DNA of 64,000 nt from Lama glama (Eukaryota). The stretch is from NCBI GenBank assembly GCA_028534125.1, contig CM052817.1, positions 41,418,001 to 41,482,000 on the forward strand, written 5' to 3'. The first letter of the stretch is position 1. Every line of letters starts with the position of its first letter. Shown piece after piece: positions 24,758 through 37,448 of this stretch. A model generated the notes under the pieces. The model was not told where the DNA came from. It did no database searches and saw only the letters and a program-made list of their open reading frames with translations. The translations under genes and the position numbers were made by a program.

Positions 24758-25360
24758 TCTAGATTATGTGTTTCTAACTGTAACCACTATCTCCTGAGAT
24801 GGGAATTATGACCTAGTGAAATTTGGCAAGCTTTGTAGGCAAAATAAGACCTGTGTTTGGTATTAGAACAAAGTCTCAGAAAATGAGAATGAGCCTGTCT
24901 GACTGGCATGAGCACAGTGTGGGGTCAGTCTTCAGCAGCCCTGAACCTGCAGTCTGTCGTAGCCTTTTGTAGGGATTTGGTTTTGTGCCCACTGACCATT
25001 TCAGGTCTTCAGAAACCTACGACTGTGTGGGCACGTAGCGTGTTTTATTACAGGTCCTCAGCCTGTAATAAAGTATAGTAAATCAGGATGAGTCAGAGCA
25101 TTACAGTATAGCAGGTACTCTGATCTCTGATTTCAACTTATTGTGGTGACTATCAGAAGATTTTAGAGCTGGAGGAACTTTAGAGATTGTTTCATGCCTC
25201 CCGCCCCTGCCACGCCCCACCACCAACCATGCCCCTTACTGGAGAAGTGAAGAAACAGGTGCCGGGGAGTTGCGGAATATGCCATGGTAAGTGGCAAGAG
25301 CTAAGATTAAAATCCAAGATTCTTGACTTTGAAACCAGTGTTTTCCCTCTACAGTCCTAG

Positions 25361-25926
25361 TGTTTCCTGAAAACTGGATTTGCCTCTTGGGGGTGTCAAG
25401 CCAAAAGACACAACCAAGCCAAAGAGTGGGAGAAGGATGAATTTATTACTTGCAGCAAGTAAGGAGAACACTGGGGATATTTCCCAAAGCAGTATCTCCT
25501 CAAACAGCAAAACTGGAGAAGTTTTCAGCTAAGCGTGCATGCGTATTTATGAAGGGGCTTGAGCAGAGGAGAATTCAACATAGAATTGGGGCAAAGATCG
25601 ACAGAGTCCCAGCTCTTGATTGAAATCTTGAGGGTCAGCAAAGGTCAGCAGCATCATTTCTTAGGTTCCAGTTAGTCTGGTTGTTGGATGCTTGAGGGAG
25701 ATTTGGATTCTGCAGAATAGCTCAAGGATGTGCTTCGGACTAGAACTTGGAGTCTTTACAACTGATTTATTGTCTCTGATCTGGTGATTCCCCTGGCCTG
25801 GTCAAGGACGAGCACTGTGGTCAGGCTTAGATCGGAAAATGGTTTAGCTTTAAAATGGCTTCTCTTATGTCAAGCAAGTTATGTCTGATTCTCCTCCTCC
25901 AGCCACCCCTACCCTATCTGCCTACA
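25361..25926 (-). mobile_element. ERV1-class solo LTR with 4-bp TSD (CTAG)
   Basis: ctag|TGTTTCC...CCTACA|ctag, 566 bp. Minus-strand AATAAA (tttatt 25442-25447). Confidence 0.8.
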
Positions 25927-26829
25927 CTAGAGTTCGTAAAACAACCGCAAAGATCAAAGGCCTCAAGTCAGATTGGTTTGACCACCAGTCTGCTTTATTT
26001 TGACATGCTCTGTTGATTGGGAGGAAGAACAGTGTGCTTCCTGGCTTCTTCCAAGCAGAGTTGAGCAGAGCTTACCCACTGCATCAATGTTCACCAAGTG
26101 CTGGATCCTCAGAGCTCAGACCTGTGTGAAGAGGAAACAGAGAATGGGTTTGATCCCTCTGACGGTACAGACTGTGATGTAGGTGGAGGGGCACGAATGG
26201 ATGAATAGGTTCCCAAGTAAGTACAGTGGTTCTCGAGGCTGACAACTGAGCATCAGTGGCAAAGGAGAGTGAGAAAGAGCTCAGATCTCATTTCTGTCCA
26301 CATCTGACCTGCCTCGAACACCAGGACAACCAGGCATCCCAAGGTCAGACCTCTTACTGAAATTAAATTTTCTGTTGATGTAGACATTGTTTAGCAGACT
26401 TCAGCCCCGGCAGAGCAAAATTACAAGCTCGTGCAGAATGTCTGGTGGAACACAGGCGAATTAATCAGAGACATCTGGCAAGTTGCTGGTACGACTGCCT
26501 TTCATGAAGAACGCCTAAACTATCATTTGAAAGTATTGTTCTTCTGTGAAAAGGAAAGAGAAAACAAAGACTTGTCGGCTGACTTCAGAAGTTGACTGTA
26601 GTTTTAGGAAGGACAATTAGTCTCGTTTGTCACTCCCACCCCAGGAGCAGAATAGGTAAAAGTGGAAAGCGTTAGTGAGTCAACCATTTAAACAAGATGT
26701 GGAACAGCAGTGAGGAAGAGGATATTTGTTATTATTGGGACTTCCTTTCAGAAGCAGCACTGCACGTTTGAATGTGCATTATAGGAATGCAGCTTCTTTA
26801 TCGAGCAGGAGTGTTTCACTGGAGTAAAA

Positions 26830-27080
26830 AGATAATAGTAATAATAACAACATTTGTGCATCACTGACCACTCTGAATGCCTCCCAAATGTTGGATCATT
26901 TAATCCTCACACCAGACTTGTGAGATAGATATTACTACCATCACAACTGTAAAAGTTGTGATTCTTATGTATCGTTTTATGTGGAAGGAAACCGAGGCAT
27001 GCAGAATTAAATACCTTGCCTAAGGTTGTAATATTGGAACCGGGATTTAAAACCAGGACTTCTGCTATCTAAAGTCTCTT
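26830..27080 (-). mobile_element. MIR SINE
   Basis: tcatttaatcctcaca...aaggaaaccgaggca...ttgcctaaggt...gggatttaaaaccagg. Confidence 0.75.
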
Positions 27081-29486
27081 TTAACAACTCCAATATACCA
27101 CTATACCAAAACGAAAATTAGAGGAGGATTCTTTATATCTTAGTTGGGAAGCCTTGTAAAAAATAAATATATAATTAGAAATAGATATGTTTCTATTTTT
27201 TCCCTATAGTTACAAACAGCTCCCGGCTATTGTTATTTCTCCCTGAAAACTGTGCTTTCAGAAAGTGCTGCACTGTTACCAGTTTGCAGTAGAGGAAAAT
27301 TTTGCTGAGAGTGGGAGGGAAAGAAATCTTCTTTTAATTCCACGAAACAGTGACTTAGATGTTACTGTATGAGACATTCTGTATGTAGATTTTACTTAGA
27401 AAGATTATTAAAGATTACTGAGAGTGCATGTACAGACTCTTTATCAGATGAATAGTTAAAAACCTCATGCATATGCTTGTAAATACTATTTCTTAACCTG
27501 GGTCTTGAGAAAAGCAAAAAAGTGAAGCTCCCTGTATAAAAGATGGAGGGAGAGGAAAGTCCACTTGTGTGGTGACCTGATAGCCTGAAATTTTGGGTAA
27601 AGGGAGCTGGGTGATGTGTCTGGTGAAAGATGCCAGAATGACTGAAAACAGAGGTTATGTTTTATAGCAGTAATGTGCATTAGACATGCAGATCAGAGCT
27701 AGCTACACAGGGATGCGGTGAGAAAACCAAGTTGTTTGCTCTGTTGTTTTCCATCTATTACCCCATGGAGCCTGGACACTTGCCTCATGAGGTAGGTGTT
27801 ACTTTAACCTTGGCCCGGAGGTGAAATGAAAGCTCGGGAGCATTCAACAGCTTGTACAAGGTCGTCCGCTGAACCAGGTTTCCAAGCTGAGTCTGCCGAA
27901 TGTCAAGAGGGTGTTCTCTACCCCGGTGTGCGAAGTGGATGGCTCCCCTTAGAGCTGGGTGGGGCTGGGATGGGCAGTGCTGTTAAACTTCAAAAAAAAT
28001 AAAAAATAAAAAATAAAGGACAGGTAAGGAGCATGGAGGAGTTGAAGCCTAGAATTCAGTGGTAGCTGCCTTGCCATCTGAGAAGACTTCCTGTACCCTA
28101 GTACCCAGCCTCGTCACTTCCTGCCCCTGATTTTCTTCTTTCTCTTTAGATGCCAAAGGGCCTGGGTTCTTCTCACTTTGCACCCCACCTGGACTCTCTC
28201 TCAACCTCTCAAATCGCCTGCTTGGTGTATAGCAACTCTCTGCCCCTTCTCACTTTAACCTCACACCTTCCAGTCTGTCAGTTGCTAGCTGTCAAGGGAA
28301 ATGCGTAGTTAAGCCTCAGGAAACACTTAGGACTTGAGGGCTAATTGTAAAGAATCAAATATCTAAGGGCTTATTGTCAGTGCCCAGCTGACTCAGAGCC
28401 ACCCTTCCCCCGCCCAGTGATCTCCATTCCTGAGTTATAGCATATTCTGTGATATTTTTGTACTACACAAAAACCACAGCAATTTTTGTCCCAATAGCCT
28501 AGGCTGGAAAGATTCCCTTTACCCCATCAGATTAACACATTTAGCTTAACAAATAGTTACTGAATATTCAATTTTTTAATTTTGTTTTCTTCCTTTTATT
28601 TTCTGTATTTCTTTCTGTCTCCTCTCCACCTAATTTTCTTCCCTTATACTTTTATTTTATTTGCCCCCAATTTTCCTCCAGTCTCAGCATTAGACTAGTC
28701 AATAGCCATCAGTACCAATTTGGAGTACCTATTATAAGCCAGGCGCACTGCGCTATGACCTATTTAGAGTAACCTCATTTGTTTTCACAACAACCTGCCG
28801 GCTAAGTATTACTACCCAAGGCTTACCAAGCCTGAGTAACTGGTCCATGGTGCTAATCAGTAGTGCCTAACGCTGTGTAACCTCATTTGGAGACCAAGAT
28901 AGCTGCCACTTAATCATAACATGTCTGATTTTGCCCGCTAGCTTACTGATTTATGGAGTGTTTATAGTAGTTCGTGGATCTGCTTGCCTCCAGATAAGTT
29001 ACTCCAGGTGACTGAGCAGTGCTGGCTTTGAACCGCTGTCCTGGGGGCCTGGGCAAAGCCTTCAGCTCTCCTCTCTTACATCTTCAGAACGTCCTCTGAA
29101 ATGGGCTGCTCTTTCCAGACCCATTTTTCCTTCTCCCACGCATTTCATGTCATTCTGGACACTGCCCATTTTCCCCTGCTAGATTCCCAGGAAAGAGTGG
29201 AGTAGAAATAGTCTGACTGAGAAGACAGTGGCCTTTTCTCCTTGCTTGTCAGATCAGAGGGAAGCATCGTCCCTGACCTTGCCTAAGGAGTCAGGTTCCA
29301 GGGAGCCTCCCTTTTCCTTCCAAAGCGTGAGCAGCTGGCTCAGCTCTGGTCACCTGACTTTTTCTAGGGTTTAAACTGCGCTTGAATTCTCAAGAAGGGG
29401 AAAAAAAATCTGAAGCCAAGGAAAAGCTTTTCAGTTTTTAAGCTGTGGAAGTACCTTCTCTGTGAAACAGAAATTTGTTGTAATTA

Positions 29487-29531
29487 ATTAAACCTTTTAT
29501 TAAACCTTTAATTAAACCTTTAATTAAACCT
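29487..29531. repeat. 12-bp tandem repeat (ATTAAACCTTTW) x3.75
   Basis: Seen directly. Confidence 0.9.
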
Positions 29532-30003
29532 GTTTTCTTTCTTTAAAGTCTTATTTTAGGATAATTTGCTCCCCTCCATCTGACTTTCCTTAGAAGCATT
29601 TATTAGTTGTAGCGTTTTCAGTGCAGTCTGGTTTGACAGGTTTTGTTTGTTTGCTTTGTTTTGTTTTGTTTTTGTTTTTATTTTTTGAGAGCTATGGCCA
29701 ATAATGGCCAGAAAAATCTTACGTAGAAAATTCGTATTAAAGTGTGAGTGATCAGGAACTCTCAGTTTCCTTTTAGTCCTTCCAGAAGTTTGTTACGACA
29801 AATTAATTTTAATGGGTAAAGTCCAAGCATCAGCTTTGGTAGTGTTTTTGGGGTTTATATAGTAAGCTCTGGGAAATAAGGAAAGAAAGATCTGTAGCTT
29901 CCGGTCTCTTCTCTCCAGATGAGATGAGAAAAAGGGAGGTAAAAGTGAGTAGGAGAAGATACTACTTGATATTTCTCAGGAGTAGAAACTCAGGGAAACC
30001 CAG

Positions 30004-30586
30004 ATATTAATTTTCTATTGTTCCATAACACGTTACCACAACTTAGCAGCTTAGAACATCACATATTTGTTATCTTAGCTTTTCTGTGGGTCAGGTCTGG
30101 CTGAAGCTGTTTTGGTCATCTGTTCAGGGCTTCACAGGGCTGCAGTCAAGGTGTCGACAGGCTGTGTTCCTTTCTAGAGCTTTCTAGTAGAAGAGGTCCT
30201 CCTCTAAGCTCAAATGATTGCTGGCAGAATTCAGTTGCTCGTGGTGGTAGAACTGAGGTCCCCATTTTCTTGCTGGCTGTCAGTTAGGGGCTGCTGTCAG
30301 CTCCTAGAGGTCTGCCCAGAGTTCCCTGCCATATGTCCCCATCGTAAGCCCTCTCACAACACGGCAACTTACTTCTTCAGGGCAAGCTGGAGAATCTCTG
30401 TATTGTTGCTAAGATGCGACCTTATATAACATGCACTGGGTGACCCTCCCATCACAGTTACCATATTCTGCTGGCAAGGAGCAAGTCCCAGGTTCCATCT
30501 CCAATCAAAAGGATGGGATTATGTAACAGTGTGACACTAGCTGGGTGGAGATCATGGGGCCATCTTAGAATTCTGCACACCATACC
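30004..30586 (-). mobile_element. MLT1 (MaLR) LTR
   Basis: tattaattttctattg...ttaccacaacttagcagcttag...ggcagaattcagttgc...ggggccatcttagaattctgc. Confidence 0.8.
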
Positions 30587-30664
30587 AGGCCCTTCTGCCT
30601 CTCTGGTGTGAGATTTTCTCTTAAGAATGTTGGCCACACTGGATGTGTAAAGCCATACATGAAA

Positions 30665-31142
30665 AGTCCAGAGTCTTTACATGAAGCATATTCATAAGAA
30701 CCAAAGGGTGGAAACAACCCAAATGCCCATTGATGGAAGAATGAATAAACACAATACAGTATATACACAAAATGAGGTATTAATCTGCCTTAAAAAGGAG
30801 GGAAATCCTTTCCTTTTTCATGCTGCAACGTGAATGAACCTTGAGGACATCATGCTATGTGAAATAAGATTCAAAATGAATATTATTACCATTTATATTA
30901 GGTACCTGGAGCAGTCAAATTCCTAGAGACATAAAGTAGAATGGAAGTTTCCAGGGGCTGGGAGGAGCGGGGAATGGGGAGTCATTGTTTTTTGGGTACA
31001 GAGTTTTAGTTTGGGAATATGATATAAGTTCTGGAGATGGATGGTGGGGATAGTTGCGAAATAATGGGAGTATACTTAATGCTACTGAACTGAGCACTTA
31101 AAAAGTTTATGTTATGTATTTTACAACAATTGAAAAAAAAAA
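30665..31142 (+). mobile_element. L1MB-like 3' UTR fragment
   Basis: ggaaacaacccaaatgcccattgatgga...tgaaccttgaggacatcatgcta...gttctggagatggatggtgg...A tail. Confidence 0.85.
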
Positions 31143-31459
31143 GTGTTGAGTCCTGGGGCTGACTTGACAGCATGCCCCAAAGTGCCAGGCTGTTTCAGGT
31201 GCCATAAAGGATGCTGGAAGGAAGAACAGTAATGATTTTCCCTTTTCTGTAGTAATTTGTCATCTTGTAAAGGAGAATAAGATATAGCAGAGTCTTGTGA
31301 TGAACATTCATCTGATTATTGTTGATTAATCAATCATTAATTACTTAATAGTAGTTGATTGATTATTTGATGAGCCTTCAAGGGAGACTTGTTCCCAGAG
31401 CTGTGGGAATGTAGAGGGAAAGGACAGCTTCAAACTCCCTTGTGTTTTCTTGTTTGCAG

Positions 31460-31640
31460 CTGTAATTCTTAACCTTAAGTGCACATTGTAATCACCAGGG
31501 GAGTATTAAAAAATACGGAGGCCCTGGTCCAACCCCAAGGGAATCTGATTAAATCAGTTTGAGCTGAGGACCCTGGGTGTCAGGATTTAGAGAAGGTCCC
31601 TCGACAATTCTAATGTGCAGTGATGATTGAGAGAGAACCA
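31460..31640. mobile_element. MER5-like DNA transposon remnant
   Basis: gcacattgtaatcaccagggga...attctaatgtgcag...ttgaga..acca. Confidence 0.65.
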
Positions 31641-33559
31641 TTTTGTTATGGGAACAGGCGTCCCTGCAGCTGACTCCCGAAATACTCAGTTTGACAATCT
31701 GAGAGCGATGCTCATTACAGACATGTAAGAAAACTATTTACCATTTCTACCTAATTACCATGCAGCATAGTGATGATTAGCATATCATTGTGTGTGTCAG
31801 ATTAGCTTCCCCGTAAGCTTTGCTTGTTTTCAACATTTCATTATGAAACTCTGTTCTTTGAGGCTCCTGGGAATTGGATCATCTGCACACATTTAAGAAA
31901 GGGAGGGCGAAATGTTTGTTGTAAGCACGAAGTAACAGTAAACATGATCAAATTACAACTGTACTTAATTACACGGGCAATAGGGTAAGAGTCGACAGGA
32001 GAGAGTCACGCTCATTTTCCGATTACCTACAGAAGGACCTCATCTTTCTCACACTAGTTTCTCAAATTATAAACGTGCATTTTTTAGCTTTTTTTTCTTT
32101 TTGGTTTATTACTCAAAATATTGAGAGAGAAGAAAATAAAGAGATGCTTGTCCTCCTTATTACCTGTGCCTGTTTCCTAGGTGACTGGTGTTTCCCACCT
32201 CCCCTCTTGTCTCCATAGCCATCATTGTTAAACTAGGAAATAATTTGAATGTCATTTAGCATTAATTTTGTAGAGTCCCTACTATGTGCCAGGGACAATT
32301 CTGGACTTTAGGTAAGAGGATGAAGAAAGGGTAGTCACACCCTTGAAGATAATCCTTGAAGATTCCTTTCAGGAAATTAAAATGTATTACAGTCTTGTAT
32401 GACTGATCTTCTAAGAGATGGATGTCCAAAAGAAGGAGGTAGCAGACTGCTTGGTGGCATCAGGGAAAGCGCCATTGGAGAGACGGCCTTGAGCTGAATT
32501 TTGAGGAGGAATGGAGGGCCTGGAGATGAAGTGGCCTGCCGCACTTGGGGGCCTGCAAGCAGTACCGTGGGCCTGGGGTACTCTGAGCATGGGGAGGCTG
32601 GACAGGGAGGGGGCCTGGACTGTCAGGAGTTTTACCTACAGTGTGAAGGAGTCTCTCTGAATAAATAAACTCTCAAGGATAGAGTTTTCAGAGTTGTTTT
32701 AACTCAAAGGTTTTTAAGTTGCTGGTAACTTGCTGACCTATAATAGTACACCTATCCCTTACGTAATGTATTTTATGTGCCAGGCCATGCTCTTTGTGCT
32801 CTATATTGTTAATTAATTCTCTCAGAAATCCTTTGACCTATGGACTGTGTTTATAGTCTTTTTACAACTGAGACAACTGGAGATTAAGTGACTTGCCCAG
32901 GGTTCCACAGTTCCTTAGTGGCAGATTTAGAAATTCAATACTGGCATTCCAGATTCCAGGAATCCCTGGCATTCCAGCTTTTAGATCTTGGGACCTTGAC
33001 AAATATGTCTTACAATATGCTTTCTATTTGGGTCTGTAATTAAGCTATGAATTGCTGCACAAGTGAAGTTGCCTTGGCCTCTGTGCTCACAAGAAATTCT
33101 TGATAGTTGAGAAATAAATTGGAGGCTCTTGGTCCCTGCTTTGCACTGAGCCTTGTGCAAAGAAGTTTGCAAGACACAGGCTATGATCTGACAAAAACAG
33201 TGAGAACACAGGGGCCTCTAGGAAACAGGACCAGAGAAGGAAGATTGAGGACCCAGCTTAACAAGAACTGTCAGTAGACTTTGACAAATTAAACTTCCTG
33301 AAGCAACTTAGAGGACAAGAATTTATTGCTTCAAAGAATGTTGATTACGTAAGTTGGGGGTATAAAAGGATTATGAAAGGATTACCAATGGATGCTGCCA
33401 CTGATGGACAGAAATTCGAGATCCAGACCTACTGGAGGAACTTTACACTGAGCAGAGGGTCTTGGCAGTGCCTTTTTGTTTCTCCATGGTTTCTAGAACT
33501 TTTCCCATCCCACTCTTCCCAATGAAAAGCATGCTATAAATACTACCATTGCCACCTAC

Positions 33560-33765
33560 TACAATTACTGCAATTTATTATGTATTGGCACCTTATCTTA
33601 GTTCATGTGCATAGTATTCCTATATAGTAAGTATGATTACTATGCTCTATTCTCAGAGGAAAGACCTGAGGTTCAGAGAGGTTAAGTGACTTGACCAAGG
33701 TCACACAGCTGGAAAGTAGCAAAGCTGGGATTTGAACCTAGGATCTTCTGTCTCCAAAGCCATAT
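33560..33765 (-). mobile_element. MIR SINE
   Basis: Core: ctgaggttcagagaggttaagtgacttgaccaaggtcacacagct...ctgggatttgaaccta. Confidence 0.85.
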
Positions 33766-36700
33766 ACACATTTATTTCAAATGAATTTTTAATAGAAGTG
33801 CACAAATCATAAAGTGAACACGCCCATGTAACCACCAAACAGATCAGGAAACAGAACCTTAGCAGCACCTCAGAAGCCCTTTCTGCTCCCTTCCAGTCCT
33901 TCCCTATTATCTACTTCAAAGGTAGCCACCATCTGCACTGGCATTATCATAAATTATTATTGCATATATTTGAACTTTATGTTAATAGAATTGTAGAGTA
34001 TGGACTCTACAGTCTGACTTTAGTTTACATAGTGAGAGTTATTTATGATACTGTATTTGGCAATGGTTCATGAATTATCATTGCTTTATGGTGTTTGTTA
34101 TATGACTGTGCAACAATTTATCTGTTCTACTATTGATGGATATTTGGTTGATTCTGGAGTTTAGCGATTTTTTTTTTTACTATTTTTTATTGAAGTATAG
34201 TCAGTTTACAATGTTGTGTCAATTTCTGGTGTACAGCATAATGTATGAATAGTACATTTTATCTAAGTTCACATTTAATATAGATTGCTACATTACTTTC
34301 CAAAATGGTTGAACAAACATATACATTGCCCACTGGCAAGGTACAAATTTTGTTACTCTCCATCCTCACTGGCATTTAACATTGTCAGTCCTATTTATCT
34401 GAGCCATTCTGGCGGGTATGTTGTTGTACCTCATTGTGGTTTTGGTTTGCTTTTCCTTGATAATTAACAAGGGTGAGCACTTTTTAATGTGTGTATTTCC
34501 TATGATGTCGGCTTTCCCTCCTAGCTCTGTAGTATAACTGTTGTCATAAATCAAATATCTATGTATGTTTGGGGAGGGGTTTGAACTTTCTGTTCAGTTC
34601 TAAAGGTCTTTTTGTCCATCCTTGTGCCAGCAGTATAGTCTCTCAATTATTTTGATTTATAATAATTCTTGATACCCATTACTTTAAGTCTTCAATTTTA
34701 TTGTTCTTCAGTGCTGTGATGTCTATTCTTGGGCCTTCTTATGACTAAGTATTTTAGAGTTAGCTTGTCAATTTTCATCAAAACAATTTTTATTAGAATG
34801 TTTATTGAGATTTCATTGGACTGAATCAATTTGAATAAAATCATTAAAAAATGTAGTCTTCCCATTCACGACCATGCTATAGGCCTCCATTTATTTAGAT
34901 ATTCTTTATTTCTCCTAATATTTTGCACTTTTCTGTGTAGAGGTCTTACACATTTTTGTTAGATATAATCTTACATAGTTGATGTTTTTGATCTTTTAAA
35001 AATGATGTCTTTTAAAAATTTTCATTTTAATTTGTTGCTGTGATATAGGAATGCAATTGAATGCTTATTGACCTTGAATCCAGTGAGATTATTGAAATCA
35101 CTTATTAATTTTGATAGTTTTTAGCTGTACATTATATGAATTTTTCTGCTTATAGAACCATGTCTTTTGGAAAAATGGCCATTTTATTTCTTCTTTTCCT
35201 GTGTTTATATCTTTGATGTATTTTTTCTTTTATTTCTTTTTTTCTCATTTTATTGAATTTTGCTCAGAGTTCTTACTCAGCATTGAAGTGTCTCATTTCT
35301 GACATCTGGAGGAAAGCTTTCAGTATTTCACATGTGACATGATACTTTCTATTTTTGTTTTATTTTATAGATTTTTAGATTAAGGAAATTCCCCTCTATC
35401 CCTGATTTACTAAGTGATTTTAAAATTAAAACTTGTATACAGGTCTTTAATTTTATCAAATACTTTTCCCTTATCCTATAGGATTTTGCTATGTATTTTT
35501 CTCTGTATTTTTTTATGTGATTAATTATATTAATTAATTTCCAGTCTGATCTAGAAAACTTATTTTACATACTTGTTTGTTTTTGACTTTTGTACCTATC
35601 TTAATTAGGAGAGTTAACCTTCAATTTTTCTTCCTTGTAATATGAGTTTTTATTTGTATGCTATTCTGGCACTATCAGTTGGGAAATTTTTCTTTTTTCT
35701 ATTTTCTGGAAAATATTATATCAGATTAATAATGTTTTTTCCTTAAATGTTTGGAAAACTTAATGATGTCACTTAGGTCTAGAATTTTCTTTGTGGGATA
35801 GTTTTTATTTTTTATTTTGTTTATTGCTAATCAGGTTTTCTATTTTTTTCTCATGTCAGATTTGGTATGCTGTATTTTTCTATGAATTTTTAATTTAATC
35901 TAAATTTTAAAAATAGTTATTAATATTATCCACTTTTTTCATATCTGTAATATCTATAGTGATGTCTCCCTTCTCATTTCCAACATTGGTGATTATTCTT
36001 TCTCCCTACCATCCCCCACCCCCATTTGCTGTGAATTTATCATTTCTGTTAGTCTTTTCAAATAAACTGTTTTGGGTTGTCTTGATTGTCTTCATTGCAC
36101 TTTTATTTTCTGTGTTATTACTTTTTGCTTCCATTTTATTATTTCCTTTTCCCTTTTTTTGAGCCCAATTGCTATTCTTTTCAGATGGACACTTAAGTCA
36201 TTTATTTTTCATCTGTTTTGTTTTGTAATATATCTATTTAATACTGCAGGTTTTCCTCTCCCTATTGATTTAACTGCATCCCACAAGTTTTGATATATCA
36301 CATTTTCATTATTTATTTCAGAATATTATCTGACTTCTCTATGATTTAATCTTTCTTTCATCAGTGGGCTGTTTAGAAATGTATTGCTCAGTTCTCAAAC
36401 ATTTGAGGATTTTCTGGTTATTTTTGTTATTGATTTTGTTATTGATTTCTAGCTTAAATTTTTAGCTTCTATTGTATTCAAAGAATATTCTATGTATTAT
36501 TTGTTCCTGTAAAATTTGTTAGATTTGCTTTATGGTCACTACATGGTCAGTTTTTATGAAAGCTCCATTGTACTTGAAAAGAAGGTATTTTCTGAATTTG
36601 TTGAATACAGTCTTTTAAAATATCAATTAGGTCATGAGATTAAGTAAAGTGTGATAATCAAGTGTGTAAATCTTCTATTTTCTAACTAACTTTTGTCTGC

Positions 36701-36917
36701 TTGCTCTATTAGTTACTTGGAGAGATGTGTTAAATCTCCCAGATGATCGTGGATTTGTCTATATCTTCTTTTAATTTTGTCAGTTGTTTTTTTGTCAGTT
36801 TGATGGTATTTAATTAGGTGCGTAGACATTTAGAATATAAAATATTCCTCTTCACTTCTGGAAATAATGTCTTTCATTAAAGTTTACTTTCCTGTATCAA
36901 GGAAAATTTTCTTTACA

Positions 36918-37287
36918 CAAGCATACCTTATTTTATTGTCTCTATGTCACGTTTTGGTAATTCTCACAGTATTTTAAACTTTTTCATTATTATTACAGTT
37001 GTTATGATGATATGTGATCAGAGATCTTTGATGTTACTACCATGACTCGTTGAAGGCTCAGGTGATGGTTAACATTTTGTAGCAAGAAAGTATTTTTAAA
37101 TTAAGATATGTACGTTGCTTTTTTAGACAATAATGCTGTTGCAACCTTAATAGTCTACAGTATAATGTAAAAATAACACTTATATGCACTGAGAAACCAA
37201 AAGAATTGTGTGAAGTGAGTTGCTTTATTGCGATATTTATTTTGTGGTGGTCTGGAATGAACCCACAGTATCTCTGAGGTATGCCTG
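36918..37287. mobile_element. Tigger1 internal-deletion derivative (Tigger1a-like MITE)
   Basis: TIRs CAAGCATACCT / AGGTATGCCTG, 370 bp, with Tigger1 end motifs (gaaggctcaggtgatggtta, tatatgcactgagaaacca). Confidence 0.8.
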
Positions 37288-37395
37288 TGATTGGTGTTTA
37301 AATATGTGTCTTTTTCTGCCTTTTTACTTTGAAATTCCTATATCATTATCTTTACAGCATTCCTTTTATAAGTAACACACACTTGGTATTTCCAT

Positions 37396-37397
37396 AT

Positions 37398-37436
<39 letters not shown>

Positions 37437-37448
37437 TCTATTTATTTA
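37396..37448. repeat. (TTTA)n microsatellite
   Basis: Seen directly. Confidence 0.95.

Noticed and set aside
26940..26962. 9-bp inverted repeat ATCACAACT/AGTTGTGAT
   Set aside because: Short hairpin inside a MIR, too small for a pre-miRNA or MITE.
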